From positions 1,184,001-1,248,000 of the forward strand of contig CAXXDV010000003.1 of assembly GCA_963674745.2 (NCBI GenBank): 64,000 nt of DNA, given 5' to 3'. The position numbers were made by a program, and so were the translations under genes. Below the pieces are notes generated by a model. The model worked only from the letters and a program-made list of their open reading frames with translations, did not search any database and was not told the DNA's origin. Position 1 is the first letter of the stretch. The number at the start of each line of letters is the position of its first letter. Origin of the DNA: Desulfosudaceae bacterium. Its GTDB lineage: Bacteria > Desulfobacterota > Desulfobacteria > Desulfobacterales > Desulfosudaceae. Below are positions 19,679 through 29,984 of the stretch, piece by piece.

Positions 19679-20206
19679 ATGAAACGCTCTATTGTAACCC
19701 AGGTCTTACCTATCTTTTTAGCGGTCTGTCTGATCCCCGCAGCGGGATTCTGCGAAGATGTCAATATTAAAAAAGACACGGATATTACCATCAGACACAC
19801 CCGCAGTGTTGAAGGCGTGGCCGATGAAGTCATCAAGATGAAAGACTTTGACTTTGAACTGCAGCAGCGGGAAAGAGACCGCATGAAACAGTGGAATATT
19901 GAAGATTCCACCGAGGCGGTCAAGGTGGGTGATGTCTATTATGGGAAAGGCGAACTGGAAGACGCCATTGCGTTTTACCGCATCGCTATCAAGATCGATC
20001 CCGCCAATACGGAGGCGCATGAAAAATACGCTTCCGCCCGACAAGAGGAAAGTGAACAGGTCAGCACTCACTACTATCAGGCAATGGAGTATTACCGTAA
20101 GGGGATGAATGAAAAAGCCATCGATGAGCTGATCGCCGAACTCAAGGAAAATCCAGACAACGAGGAAGCCAGGATTAAGCTAAACGAAATTGAAAGTGGA
20201 CAATAA
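19679..20206 (+). CDS. Exported tetratricopeptide-repeat protein
   Basis: Signal peptide; TPR-like segments GDVYYGKGELEDAIAFYRIAIKIDP and YYRKGMNEKAIDEL. Confidence 0.8.
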   Translation: MKRSIVTQVLPIFLAVCLIPAAGFCEDVNIKKDTDITIRHTRSVEGVADEVIKMKDFDFELQQRERDRMKQWNIEDSTEAVKVGDVYYGKGELEDAIAFYRIAIKIDPANTEAHEKYASARQEESEQVSTHYYQAMEYYRKGMNEKAIDELIAELKENPDNEEARIKLNEIESGQ

Positions 20207-20217
20207 GGAGGCAGGTT

Positions 20218-20838
20218 ATGTTCCGGAACGTTTTTTCCAAAAGCATGTTTTTTATTTTTCTGACCGTTTTGGTCGCGTCATTAGCGGGATGCCGGGCAAC
20301 CACCCGTGACTATTCACCGGATGACGTTGTTCATTATGATGAAGGTTATGATTTTTCCGATAAGAACGCTATTGTCGATTACCTGGTGTCTTCCCTGGTT
20401 TCCAAGCCGCCGCTTGTATCTCGTTATGACCGGCCGGTAATGATTGTGTACGGGGTGGCCAATCGTACCTCGGAACACATTGAAACCAGCGGTATTACCG
20501 ATGATATCCGAATGAAAATTCTTCAGTCCGGCAAAGCCCGGTTTGTTAACAAGGTTCAACGGGACAATATTGCCGAAGAAACGGCATACCAGTACGGTGG
20601 TAATGTCAGTCCGGAAACCCGTCTTCAGCGGGCCCGGCAGATCGGGGCGGAATACATGCTCTCCGGCACCCTGCGTTCCATCAAAAAGAAGCAACCCAAG
20701 CAGGTGCGGCTGAAAAAGAAAACCCTTCAATATTACAGTCTGACCCTGGAGCTTACGGACCTGCAGTCCGGTCTGATCGAATGGACGGATAACGCGGAAA
20801 TCGTCCGGGAATCTTCAAAACCGTTCATCGGCTGGTAA
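20218..20838 (+). CDS. lpoB: Penicillin-binding protein activator LpoB-family lipoprotein
   Basis: Lipobox LAGC; VANRTSEHI, GAEYMLSGTL and LTLELTDLQSGLIEW motifs. Confidence 0.8.
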   Translation: MFRNVFSKSMFFIFLTVLVASLAGCRATTRDYSPDDVVHYDEGYDFSDKNAIVDYLVSSLVSKPPLVSRYDRPVMIVYGVANRTSEHIETSGITDDIRMKILQSGKARFVNKVQRDNIAEETAYQYGGNVSPETRLQRARQIGAEYMLSGTLRSIKKKQPKQVRLKKKTLQYYSLTLELTDLQSGLIEWTDNAEIVRESSKPFIGW

Positions 20839-20857
20839 CAGCCGGTCGAAATGACGC

Positions 20858-22072
20858 ATGCCTGACATGACCAGATCTTCCGGTACCAACCGGCAACACA
20901 GAATTTTTGTCCGCTGGATCTGTTTCCTGCTGATGGGTGCCGGCCTGGCGCTTTGCGGATGCACTTCTTCCAATCTGACCCTGGCCCGGAACGCTTTTTA
21001 CAGCGGTGATGTCGTCATGGCATCACAGGCGCTGGACGAGCCGGAGAAGGTCGGCTCCCGGGACCGGCTTCTTTATTTTATGGAAAAAGGGACCATTCTG
21101 CATTACGGCGGTGATTATGAAGGCAGTGCGGCTATTTTTCTCCAGGCCGCCGCCTTGATCACAGAACAGGAGGTGATCAGTGCCACCCGGCAGGCCGCCT
21201 CCATGGTGACAACCGAGTGGCTGACAAAGTACAAAGGCGAATATGTCGAACGGCTTTTTGTCCATACGTTCCAGATGATGAATTATCTGCTGCTGGGTAA
21301 GCATGAAAGTGCCCTGGTCGAAGCCAAGCAGGCGCTGGAAGTTTACGACACTTATCCCGAAGCCTGCGACGGCGATTATTTCACAAGGGCTCTGATCGCG
21401 CATTGTTTTGAAGCCCTGGACGAAATAAACGGGGCCTATATTGAATATAAGAAACTGGCTGAACTGATGGGGAATCCAGCGCCTGTGGCTGATAAACTCT
21501 GTCAACTGGCCAACCGGCTGGGTTTTTACGATGAAGTTGAGCATTTCAGCCAGTTTCTGCCGGACAAAAATGAAGAAAAGAGAGAAAGGCCGATCGGTGA
21601 AAGGCTGATATTTTTAAGCCGGGGCAGAGCACCGGTGAAAATTCCGCATGATATTATTCTGCCCGAATCCATTCGCTTTTCTTTTTCCACCTATGAGAAC
21701 CGGGGCGGTTATTTCCCGGGCCCGGAAATTCCGCCGTTACCGGGGATCGGGACCAGGACCCGGGTTACCACGGATGTCGGCAAGGTACTGCGCGCATCCC
21801 TGGATCAACGGCTGGCGCGGATCATCGCCAAGGAAACCGCCCGGGTGGTGGCCAAGGAAGCCATTGCCAACAACATCAATGATAGTGGTGTTGAGTCCCT
21901 GGTGCGTATTGCCTTTTTCCTGATGGAAGTGCCTGATACCCGCTGCTGGGAAACCCTGCCCGGGACCCTGACCCTGATCCGGGAGCCTGTTTTTCCGGGA
22001 GACAATGAACAGGCCGCGGACGGTCCGGATAACCCTGATCGCTTTTATCGTTATTTTTCAATCAGAAATTGA
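20858..22072 (+). CDS. COG3014-like TPR lipoprotein
   Basis: Lipobox LCGC; DRLLYFMEKG, YKGEYVE, ALVEAK and DTRCWETLP motifs; adjacent to lpoB as is usual for this family. Confidence 0.7.
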   Translation: MPDMTRSSGTNRQHRIFVRWICFLLMGAGLALCGCTSSNLTLARNAFYSGDVVMASQALDEPEKVGSRDRLLYFMEKGTILHYGGDYEGSAAIFLQAAALITEQEVISATRQAASMVTTEWLTKYKGEYVERLFVHTFQMMNYLLLGKHESALVEAKQALEVYDTYPEACDGDYFTRALIAHCFEALDEINGAYIEYKKLAELMGNPAPVADKLCQLANRLGFYDEVEHFSQFLPDKNEEKRERPIGERLIFLSRGRAPVKIPHDIILPESIRFSFSTYENRGGYFPGPEIPPLPGIGTRTRVTTDVGKVLRASLDQRLARIIAKETARVVAKEAIANNINDSGVESLVRIAFFLMEVPDTRCWETLPGTLTLIREPVFPGDNEQAADGPDNPDRFYRYFSIRN

Positions 22073-22090
22073 TTACATTACGTTCAGGCA

Positions 22091-22627
22091 TCAGCCGAAC
22101 ACCGCAAACAGCATCCTGCCGACGGTGGTCCAGCCCGGGTCTCCTTCCACAACCTCGCCATGGGAGGTCTCGATGCCCTTGAAAATATCATCCCAGCTGT
22201 ATGGGGTATCGTTTTTTTTGTAAACAAACAACAACTTGACTTCCACCCGCATGTCCGGTTTTACCGCTCCCAAACGCATTATGGTGACACCACCTGTTTT
22301 TTCGATTTCTGTTTTCCGATCCGATTTTCCAAAGTTTTCAGCCTTGGGCATCATAGCCGCTTTTTCATAGGCATCGGTGTAAAAGAGGAGGTCAATGTCG
22401 TCCTGGATTTTTCGTCCGGTGTTTCCGATTTCTATAATGTGGCAATCCATGGTAACTGTTTCGGTCTGAACCCGGGGAAGGGTGCGATGATTATACATGG
22501 TTTCGTATGCCGGAGTGGACGCAATCCAGACACCGCAGACCAGGAAAATGATCAGCGCCGCCAGGAAAAAGAGAAACCACCTTGTCCCGAATATTTTCGA
22601 GAGTGTTTCGCTGAATATTTCAGACAT
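22091..22627 (-). CDS. Hypothetical membrane-anchored protein
   Basis: 178-aa ORF with an N-terminal TM segment, co-oriented just downstream of the TRAP permease. Confidence 0.65.
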   Translation of the reverse strand: MSEIFSETLSKIFGTRWFLFFLAALIIFLVCGVWIASTPAYETMYNHRTLPRVQTETVTMDCHIIEIGNTGRKIQDDIDLLFYTDAYEKAAMMPKAENFGKSDRKTEIEKTGGVTIMRLGAVKPDMRVEVKLLFVYKKNDTPYSWDDIFKGIETSHGEVVEGDPGWTTVGRMLFAVFG

Positions 22628-22664
22628 GGCACACCATTTAAAAACTTTCGTTTTTTAAGGGCGG

Positions 22665-24713
22665 TCAAGCGGCCTGCCGGTCCGCCTGGTATCTTCTTAT
22701 GGCCTGGTTGACGATAATTAAAACATATATCAATATACCCACAAAGAACATATCATATTTTTGAGCTTGATCGTAGTGGATGGCAGCGGCTACTGCCCCG
22801 GGATAAAAGAGCGTAAATGAGGCGGCCAGAAAAAAAGGGATTTCATAAAGCCTGTTTTTTGTCAGGCACCAGCCCTGGACCGCGTTTTCAAAAGCGGCAA
22901 TACCGATCAGCGCCATGGCGAATAATAGCAGTGCATGGGGCCAGGAGTTGATACCGTGCAGAATCAGTTCCGGGTTAAAGACAAACAGAAAAGCGATAAC
23001 CGAAGTCCTGATATCGTATAAAAAACCCTGAATGCCGGTCTGGACGGGGTCGGATCCGGCTATGGCGGCGGCAGTATAGGCGGCCAGCCCCACGGGCGGG
23101 GTGTCATCGGCCAAAATGCCAAAGTAGAAGCAGAACAGATGCGCGGCCAGGATCGGGATGGCGAAATTGTACAATGCCCCGACCTGGACGATAATCGGTG
23201 CCGTCAGGGCGGCCATGACGATATAGGTGGCGGTGGTCGGCAGACCCATGCCGATCAAAAGGCTGGCAACGGCCGTTATCAGCAGCAGAAGAAAGATGTT
23301 GCCCATGGCAAGGGTTTCCACGATACCGGAGATCATGCCGCCGATGCCCATGTTGACCACGCCGACAATAATCCCGGCCGCGGCACAGGCCAGGGCTACG
23401 GCAATCATGTTGCGGGAACCGATGACCATTCCATCTATGATCAACCGGGCAGCACGTATAAAAGCCATCCTGAAGTCATCTTTGTTTTGCCGGGCGGTCC
23501 TGATCTCCTGGTAAACAATGATGAAAAAAAGAACCATGATGGCTCTGAAAGCCGCCATTTCCGGTGAATGGCGCATCACGACCAGTTCGTACAGAAGCAT
23601 AGCGATGGGAACAAGGTAATGAAGGCCTTTTTTTAAAGTGGGTAGAAAATCCGGAAGATCCTCTTTTGGCATGCCGAAGATGCCGAGTTTGGATGCTTCC
23701 AGGTGGCTGATGCAGAACAGGCCGAAATACGAGACAAAAGCCGGAATGGCGGCTGCCTTTATCACTTCCATGTAGGGCAGGTGGACATACTCGGCAATAA
23801 TAAAAGCGGCCGCGCCCATGATGGGCGGCATTAACTGGCCATCCGAACTGGCGGCCACTTCTATGGCGGCGGCTTTTTTGGCCGGATAACCGATGCGCTT
23901 CATCAACGGTATGGTAAACGGTCCGGTGGTAACGATATTGGCGATGCTTGAACCGGATATCATTCCGGTGGCACCACTTGAAACGACGGCCGCCTTGGCG
24001 GCTCCGCCCTTATATCGGCCCAGCAGGGACAGGGAGAGATTGGAAAAAAACCGACCGGCCCCGGCTTTATCCAGCAGCGCGCCGAGAAGAACGAACAGGT
24101 AAACAATGGAGGCCGATACCTCCAGGGGAATACCGAAAATGCCTTCGGTGGAAAGCGAGATATTGCTGATGTATTTTCTGACGGAGACGCCTTTAAAAGC
24201 GAAAATGTCCGGCATATGCTGCCCGGCAAAGGCGTACAGGGTAAAGAGGATCGCGATCACGGAAAGGGCCGGGCCGATGATGCGCCTGGCCGCTTCCAGC
24301 AGAAGCACGACCAGGGTGATGCCGGCTGTCAGGTCAAGTGCGTTCGGGATACCGGCCCGGGTGGCAATATTTTCATAATTGATGGACAGGTAAAGGGCGG
24401 ATATGGCACCGGCCGCCGCCAGAATATAGTCAATTACGGGAATACGATCGGATATGGAAAGAACCCCGGGCAATTTTTTCCGGCGTTTAAGGGCGGGGCT
24501 AAGGAGAAAAAGCAAGGCCATGGCGAAGGCCAGGTGGATCGATCTTGCCATGGTGCTGTCCAGCACCAGAAAACCGGCCAGGACCAGTTGAAAAACCGCC
24601 CAGGAGACAGCGATGGCGGCAATGAAAAACGATTCAAAATCCCGCGGGTTTCTGAATATGTCCGTTTGTTTATTTTCGATTTTTGCAGAAATACCGTCAG
24701 CGTTATTTTGCAT
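22665..24713 (-). CDS. TRAP transporter 4TM/12TM fused permease
   Basis: GGAAKAAV, GQLMPPIMGAAAF, GMGLPTTATY and DDTPPVGLA motifs. Confidence 0.93.
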   Translation of the reverse strand: MQNNADGISAKIENKQTDIFRNPRDFESFFIAAIAVSWAVFQLVLAGFLVLDSTMARSIHLAFAMALLFLLSPALKRRKKLPGVLSISDRIPVIDYILAAAGAISALYLSINYENIATRAGIPNALDLTAGITLVVLLLEAARRIIGPALSVIAILFTLYAFAGQHMPDIFAFKGVSVRKYISNISLSTEGIFGIPLEVSASIVYLFVLLGALLDKAGAGRFFSNLSLSLLGRYKGGAAKAAVVSSGATGMISGSSIANIVTTGPFTIPLMKRIGYPAKKAAAIEVAASSDGQLMPPIMGAAAFIIAEYVHLPYMEVIKAAAIPAFVSYFGLFCISHLEASKLGIFGMPKEDLPDFLPTLKKGLHYLVPIAMLLYELVVMRHSPEMAAFRAIMVLFFIIVYQEIRTARQNKDDFRMAFIRAARLIIDGMVIGSRNMIAVALACAAAGIIVGVVNMGIGGMISGIVETLAMGNIFLLLLITAVASLLIGMGLPTTATYIVMAALTAPIIVQVGALYNFAIPILAAHLFCFYFGILADDTPPVGLAAYTAAAIAGSDPVQTGIQGFLYDIRTSVIAFLFVFNPELILHGINSWPHALLLFAMALIGIAAFENAVQGWCLTKNRLYEIPFFLAASFTLFYPGAVAAAIHYDQAQKYDMFFVGILIYVLIIVNQAIRRYQADRQAA

Positions 24714-24807
24714 AATAAGGCATATAGCACACTATTCCCGAAAACTACAGGGGCACGGCACTCCGTGCCCGCCCCTACGGATGTGTTGCCGGCCGTTCAT
24801 TGATATT

Positions 24808-25508
24808 GTAGGGGCAGGCCCCCGTGCCTGCCCTGATGAAGGGCAACCACAGGGGGTTGCCCCTACGGCCCGGGGTATGCGTTCATGAAATCGTGGTATG
24901 CGCTCTTTAATAATGTAGGGGCAGGCCCCCGTGCCTGCCCTGATGAAGGGCAACCACAGGGGGTTGCCCCTACGGCCCGGGGTATGCGTTCATGAAATCG
25001 TGGTATGCGTTCTTTAATAATGTAGGGGCAGGCCCCCGTGCCTGCCCTGATGAAGGGCAACCACAGGGGGTTGCCCCTACGGCCCGGGGTATGCGTTCAT
25101 GAAATCGTGGTATGCGTTCTTTAATAATGTAGGGGCAGGCCCCCGTGCCTGCCCTGATGAAGGGCAACCACAGGGGGTTGCCCCTACGGCCCGGGGTATG
25201 CGTTCATGAAATCGTGGTATGCGTTCTTTAATAATGTAGGGGCAGGCCCCCGTGCCTGCCCTGATGAAGGGCAACCACAGGGGGTTGCCCCTACGGCCCG
25301 GGGTATGCGTTCATGAAATCGTGGTATGCGCTCTTTAATAATGTAGGGGCAGGCCCCCGTGCCTGCCCTGATGAAGGGCAACCACAGGGGGTTGCCCCTA
25401 CGGCCCGGGGTATGCGTTCATGAAATCGTGGTATACGTTCTTTAATAATGTAGGGGCAGGCCCCCGTGCCTGCCCTGATGAAGGGCAACCACAGGGGGTT
25501 GCCCCTAC
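24808..25508 (+). repeat. Seven tandem REP doublets, exact 107-bp period
   Basis: GTAG at 24808, 24915, 25022, 25129, 25236, 25343 and 25450; 48-bp linkers differ by single bases; variant REPs flank the array at about 24748-24778 and 25558-25585. Confidence 0.95.
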
Positions 25509-25598
25509 GGGCCGGGGTGATCGTTTATGGATATTACCGGATGCTCATACGGATATTGTAAGGGCAGGTCACCCGTGCCGTGCCCGATAAACGATTTT

Positions 25599-26594
25599 CT
25601 ATTTTACCAGGGCGGGTTTGATATGTTTTATCAGATCCGCTTCCCGATAATATTTAAGTGCGCCCTTGTGAACTGGGGCGGAAAGCCCTTTGAGCATATC
25701 CTTTTTAGTGAGCGTGGAAAATGCGGGATGAAGCTTTTTGAATTTTTCAAAATTGTCGAAAACTTCTTTGGTAACAGCATAGACGATTTCATCCTCAACC
25801 GTTGCCGAACTGACCAGTGTCGCCTTTACCCCGATGGTCCGCACATCGCCGGGGGTTGATTTGTTCGGGTAGTCGTCGCCGGAAATGACGGATTCGGCGT
25901 AGTAGCTGTATTTTTCAAGGAGCCGGTCGATACCGGTTCCCACTATGGGGATAATATTCACCTTGATTCTGCCTGAAGTGGATTCTTTGATATTGCCGTT
26001 GGGATGGCCCACGGTATAAAAAAAAGCATCGATTTTTTCATCCTGCACAAGGCCCGGTGCTTCAACCGCTTTGACCTGTTCGGCATGGATGTCTTCCAGG
26101 TCAAGGCCGAACGCGGACAACACGTCAATGGCGTTCTGCCGCTGGCCGGATCCCGGGTTGCCGATGTTGACCCGTTTTTGTTTTAAAGCGGACACGGTTT
26201 TAATGCCGCTGTCTGCGGATACCACCAGGGTAATGGATTCGGGGTGCAACGAAAAAACCGAGCGAAGCGCTTTCTGCGGCCCGCGTTTTTCCCACTCGGC
26301 CAGGCCGTTGTAAGCCTGAAACTGACGGTCCGACTGGGCCACGCCGAACTCCAGGTCGCCGCTTAAAACCGCGTTGATATTGTAAACCGAACCGGAAGTG
26401 GATTCAACGGTTGCCTTGATGTCGTATCGGGCGGCTTTTTTATTGATCATCCTGGAGATGGCGCCGCCGGCCGGGTAATAAACCCCGGTCACGCCGCCCG
26501 TGCCGATGGTGACGAATCGTCTGGCAGAAGCCGGGACGCTGAACAGCAAACCAAGACATAATACCCATAACAGCACTGATGGTCTTTTCGTCAT
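25599..26594 (-). CDS. TAXI-family TRAP solute-binding protein
   Basis: TIGTGGVTGVYY, STSGSVYNI, AQSD and PVHKGALKYY motifs; signal peptide from ATG 26594. Confidence 0.93.
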   Translation of the reverse strand: MTKRPSVLLWVLCLGLLFSVPASARRFVTIGTGGVTGVYYPAGGAISRMINKKAARYDIKATVESTSGSVYNINAVLSGDLEFGVAQSDRQFQAYNGLAEWEKRGPQKALRSVFSLHPESITLVVSADSGIKTVSALKQKRVNIGNPGSGQRQNAIDVLSAFGLDLEDIHAEQVKAVEAPGLVQDEKIDAFFYTVGHPNGNIKESTSGRIKVNIIPIVGTGIDRLLEKYSYYAESVISGDDYPNKSTPGDVRTIGVKATLVSSATVEDEIVYAVTKEVFDNFEKFKKLHPAFSTLTKKDMLKGLSAPVHKGALKYYREADLIKHIKPALVK

Positions 26595-26692
26595 TTTTAA
26601 ATCCTGTGCGCTGGCTTTGAAAAAAGTATTTAAAATTGAAGTTTTAAAAATAACATGGCGGTTGCCGGCGTTCAATATAAATACTTTTTTGT

Positions 26693-28072
26693 TTAATCAG
26701 GCCGGATATTGCCACGGGTATACGAAAAATAGATGCCGACCAGGCAAAGGGCGCAACAGGTGGCAAAACCAAGCCTGGTGGACAACAGGAACCGGTCGTA
26801 TTGGTCCGGCGTAATGGCTTCTCCGCCGATGAGAATGGCCAGGTACATGGTGGCAATAGCCATGCTGAGCATCTGGCCGATCAGCCGCATGGTGGCCACG
26901 GTGCCCGAGGCCAGGCCGTAATGGGCCGGCTGTACGCTGCTCATGATGGCGTTCATGTTGGGCGAGGAAAAAAGGGCGAATCCCAGTCCCAGTCCCAGCA
27001 GGGTGGTGACAATATAGGCAATGGTCGTGGTCGAAGTGATCCAGGCCAGAGAGAACAGGCCGGCGGCGCACATGGCCATGCCGATGGAGGCAATGACACC
27101 GGGCTCAAACCGATCGGAAAGCCGGCCGGCCAGGGGTGAGAACAGGGCCATCATGATCGGCTGGGTGATCAGGACCAGCCCGGTGGTCTGCGGCGTCAGG
27201 CCCTTGATGTATTGCAGGTAAAGGCTCAGGTAAAAGGCAATGGCAAAGGTGGCGGCATAGTTGATCAGGGCGGCCAGGCCGGAAAATGAGAACCCCCGGT
27301 TGTTTCGGAAAAGGCTGATTTCTACTACCGGAAAATCAGCGATGGTTTCCTGCCGGATAAAGATCGCAAAGGCCGCCATGCTGACGACAACCATGATGAT
27401 GCCTGAGGTTTCAGGCATTTTCGAAAGACCCAGCATAAAAAAGACCAGTGAAGCGGCATAAAAAAAGACGCCGGTCAGATCCAGGGACTGACCTTTGGCT
27501 ACCACCCATTCATCTTTTATCATGGTGACGGCCAGGTAAAACGACAGGAGGCCCAGGGGAAAGGTCACGATAAAAATGCTGCGCCATCCCCAGGCAGCCG
27601 TCAGGTAGCCTGCGGCAAAAGGTCCCGTGGAAAGGCCCATATATACAGCCGCCACCGTGATACCGATGGCCCGGCCGCGTTCGGACAAGGGGAAGACGGC
27701 CGCGATAATGGCAATACCGGTGGTGGAGATCATGGCAGCGCCGACGCCTTGCACCATTCTTAAGGCAATTACCATCCATATGGAGGGCGCCAGGGCGATG
27801 GTAACGGTTGACAGGGTGAACAGGGCAATACCGGTTACAAATATTTTTTTGCGGCCGGTCATGTCCGCGATTTTAGCGATGGGCACCAGCATGATCGCCG
27901 TCGACAACAGGTAGGCATTGGCCACCCAGCTCAACAAAACGGCCCCGGCGGAAAACTCACGGCCGATGGCCGGCAGAATAATGTTGACACCCGAGACCAT
28001 GAACGGCCCCATGAATGTCGTGGCGGTTACAACCAGCAGCAGGGCGGATTTAGACGTTTTGACCTGTTCCAT
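26693..28072 (-). CDS. MFS drug:H+ antiporter-like transporter (14-TM, EmrB/QacA-like)
   Basis: ADMTGRKK motif A, RMVQGVGAA, ERGRAIG, GRLSDRF. Confidence 0.9.
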   Translation of the reverse strand: MEQVKTSKSALLLVVTATTFMGPFMVSGVNIILPAIGREFSAGAVLLSWVANAYLLSTAIMLVPIAKIADMTGRKKIFVTGIALFTLSTVTIALAPSIWMVIALRMVQGVGAAMISTTGIAIIAAVFPLSERGRAIGITVAAVYMGLSTGPFAAGYLTAAWGWRSIFIVTFPLGLLSFYLAVTMIKDEWVVAKGQSLDLTGVFFYAASLVFFMLGLSKMPETSGIIMVVVSMAAFAIFIRQETIADFPVVEISLFRNNRGFSFSGLAALINYAATFAIAFYLSLYLQYIKGLTPQTTGLVLITQPIMMALFSPLAGRLSDRFEPGVIASIGMAMCAAGLFSLAWITSTTTIAYIVTTLLGLGLGFALFSSPNMNAIMSSVQPAHYGLASGTVATMRLIGQMLSMAIATMYLAILIGGEAITPDQYDRFLLSTRLGFATCCALCLVGIYFSYTRGNIRPD

Positions 28073-28077
28073 AAAGC

Positions 28078-28569
28078 TTAGCTTTTTTGCCTTGCAGCCG
28101 ATATGGTGATCAGGATCGCCAACCCGAAGCAGGCAACCGCGCTGAACAACAGCACAAAAACGTTTTTCGGCATTCCGGTTTTCAGCACCGACACACCGGG
28201 ATCATCCGGATTGTAAAAAACGGACACTTCTCCACCGGCAGGGTATTTGCGAAGGACGTCCCTGGCCCCGCTCAACGTCTTCTGGTACATGTCCGAGGCT
28301 GAGATGCGGTTGCCGGCATATTGCCTGCCGGCAACTTTATAGGTGTATTTAACCGAGGGGGAATATTGTGTGCGGTCGTCCACCCGGCGTGATTCGGCCC
28401 GTGAGTAAGTGATCTTTCCGGTGACCTGTGGCCAGTTTGCGCTTTTTTTGCCGATCGAGTATCGGAAAAGGCCGAAGCCGCCCAAAATCAGTCCGAAAAT
28501 GATCAAAACTGCGACCAGAATGACGGCATCACTTTTTTTGTTTGTTGCTGCCCTGGTTTCGTCTGTCAT
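28078..28569 (-). CDS. DUF3592-like membrane protein
   Basis: TM, SANWPQVTGKI...YTYKVAGRQY...VSVFYNPDDP, TM. Confidence 0.75.
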   Translation of the reverse strand: MTDETRAATNKKSDAVILVAVLIIFGLILGGFGLFRYSIGKKSANWPQVTGKITYSRAESRRVDDRTQYSPSVKYTYKVAGRQYAGNRISASDMYQKTLSGARDVLRKYPAGGEVSVFYNPDDPGVSVLKTGMPKNVFVLLFSAVACFGLAILITISAARQKS

Positions 28570-28697
28570 GATAGATGCCTCGCTTTGTATTTTAAAACGT
28601 ATCGTGTCGCGGACCAGGTGGATGGATATTTTAAGGTGCCGCAATCATCAGAATTTATCGGAAGCAAAAAGTGAAGTCAAGGACGGTGAAAGGCGTA

Positions 28698-29816
28698 TCA
28701 CAGGGTATCGATCAGGTTTCCGATAGTCGTGCTTTCATACCCGGGGATGGCGGCGATCTCTTCGCGCAGAGCCCGGGACTGGAGAGTGTCAAGCATGATG
28801 CGGATGGTCGGATGATCCATCAGGTCGTCGGGGACGATCAGGTCACAGCGCACGGTCTCAACAGGAACAAAGTCCAGGTGAAACATTTCAGCAACTACAT
28901 GAAGGCCGAGGGCGACATCGGCCAGACCGGCAGCCACCCATTGCGCGCCCTGGTTGTGGGTATTGACTTCATTGCCGTAACCCCTGACAGCTGAAATCGG
29001 GATGCCGGCCTTTGCCAGCTGGTCATCCAGCAAAAGGCGCAAGGCCGCGCCGCATTCCCGGTTGACCATGTCGACGTTCCTGTCAGCCAGGTCGGCCACA
29101 GAATGGATGTTGTGGGGGTTGCCCCGGGCAACGATCAGGCCTTCATCCATGCGGGTAAAACCGATCACCTTGCCGCTCATGCCGGGCAGCATTTTACGGG
29201 CGACCACTACGTTGGATTCCCCGTCTTCGGTATTATGAAGATGAATGCCGCCCACATGGGCGCGTCCGGCGGAAAGGGCCTGCATGGCGGCATAGCTGGA
29301 GGCAAAACAGCAATATACCCGGGCACCCGAAAAGGCGCGGGCCACATGCCCCCCCAGAATGGTAAACGCCGGGTCGCAACCGAAGAGCAGGACGGTTCTT
29401 TCCAGTATGTCGTCCGGACAATACACCCTGGCGGTCCGGTTGTCATCTTCCAGCAGGGCGTCAGCCGCCGGCAGCCCGCTGTTAAACAGGATATTGCCGG
29501 TGATGGGAACGCCGGTCAGCTTTCCCCGAAGATAGGCCGCCAGGAGTCGACGCGTACCCGATGAATCCTCTCCCACGATATCCACGGGCTGGCTTTTGCC
29601 GTAAATCTCCTCGTTGAAAAGGGTCTCCACCGAACATTCCAGGCAGCGGGCCAGTCTCAGAGACACGCCTGTGTTGGGCAGGTAGCGGCCGGACTCGATA
29701 TCGTATATCGCCTGACGCTTGACCCCGACCGCTTTGGCCAGGTCTGCCTGGGACAGGCCTTTGGCCTGGCGGTACGTCTTGACATGACAGGTTATTTTGG
29801 GCTTTTTTTCGTCCAT
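28698..29816 (-). CDS. XRE-HTH plus periplasmic-binding-protein-like (molybdate-sensing type) transcriptional regulator
   Basis: N-terminal LSQADLAKAVGVKRQAIYDIESGRYLP; C-terminal GCDPA, GLIVARGNP, VNRE.GA..R and ADVALG; divergent from the mod genes. Confidence 0.85.
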   Translation of the reverse strand: MDEKKPKITCHVKTYRQAKGLSQADLAKAVGVKRQAIYDIESGRYLPNTGVSLRLARCLECSVETLFNEEIYGKSQPVDIVGEDSSGTRRLLAAYLRGKLTGVPITGNILFNSGLPAADALLEDDNRTARVYCPDDILERTVLLFGCDPAFTILGGHVARAFSGARVYCCFASSYAAMQALSAGRAHVGGIHLHNTEDGESNVVVARKMLPGMSGKVIGFTRMDEGLIVARGNPHNIHSVADLADRNVDMVNRECGAALRLLLDDQLAKAGIPISAVRGYGNEVNTHNQGAQWVAAGLADVALGLHVVAEMFHLDFVPVETVRCDLIVPDDLMDHPTIRIMLDTLQSRALREEIAAIPGYESTTIGNLIDTL

Positions 29817-29876
29817 TATTTTGCCTCAAATGACGTTTTTAAAATTAGACTTGACATTTAGAAACATAGAAAATAA

Positions 29877-29906
29877 GTCTTATCCAGTCAATTGACGTTT
29901 GTAGAC
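29877..29906. promoter_or_regulatory. Candidate operator dyad in the divergent promoter region
   Basis: GTCT-N6-GTCAATTGAC-N6-AGAC symmetry; TTGACA at 29851-29856 nearby. Confidence 0.4.
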
Positions 29907-29984
29907 GACATATTTTGTTATTATAGCCGGGTTGTTAACATGTTGCAATCAAAAAAGAAACACGCGGGGACAGGAGATATCAGA

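Noticed and set aside
24732..25488. Repeated 65-73 aa ORFs (MPFIRAGTGACPY...) and similar ORFs at 2339, 7510, 13289, 19165-19511, 37430 and 39547-40309
   Set aside because: They are translations of the REP repeats, with no RBS or protein-like composition.
24808..25508. CRISPR array (also considered for 13545-13776, 19121-19531 and 39672-40255)
   Set aside because: The spacers are near-identical within each array, the repeat is a 58-59 bp GTAG REP doublet that also occurs singly, and there are no cas genes in the window.
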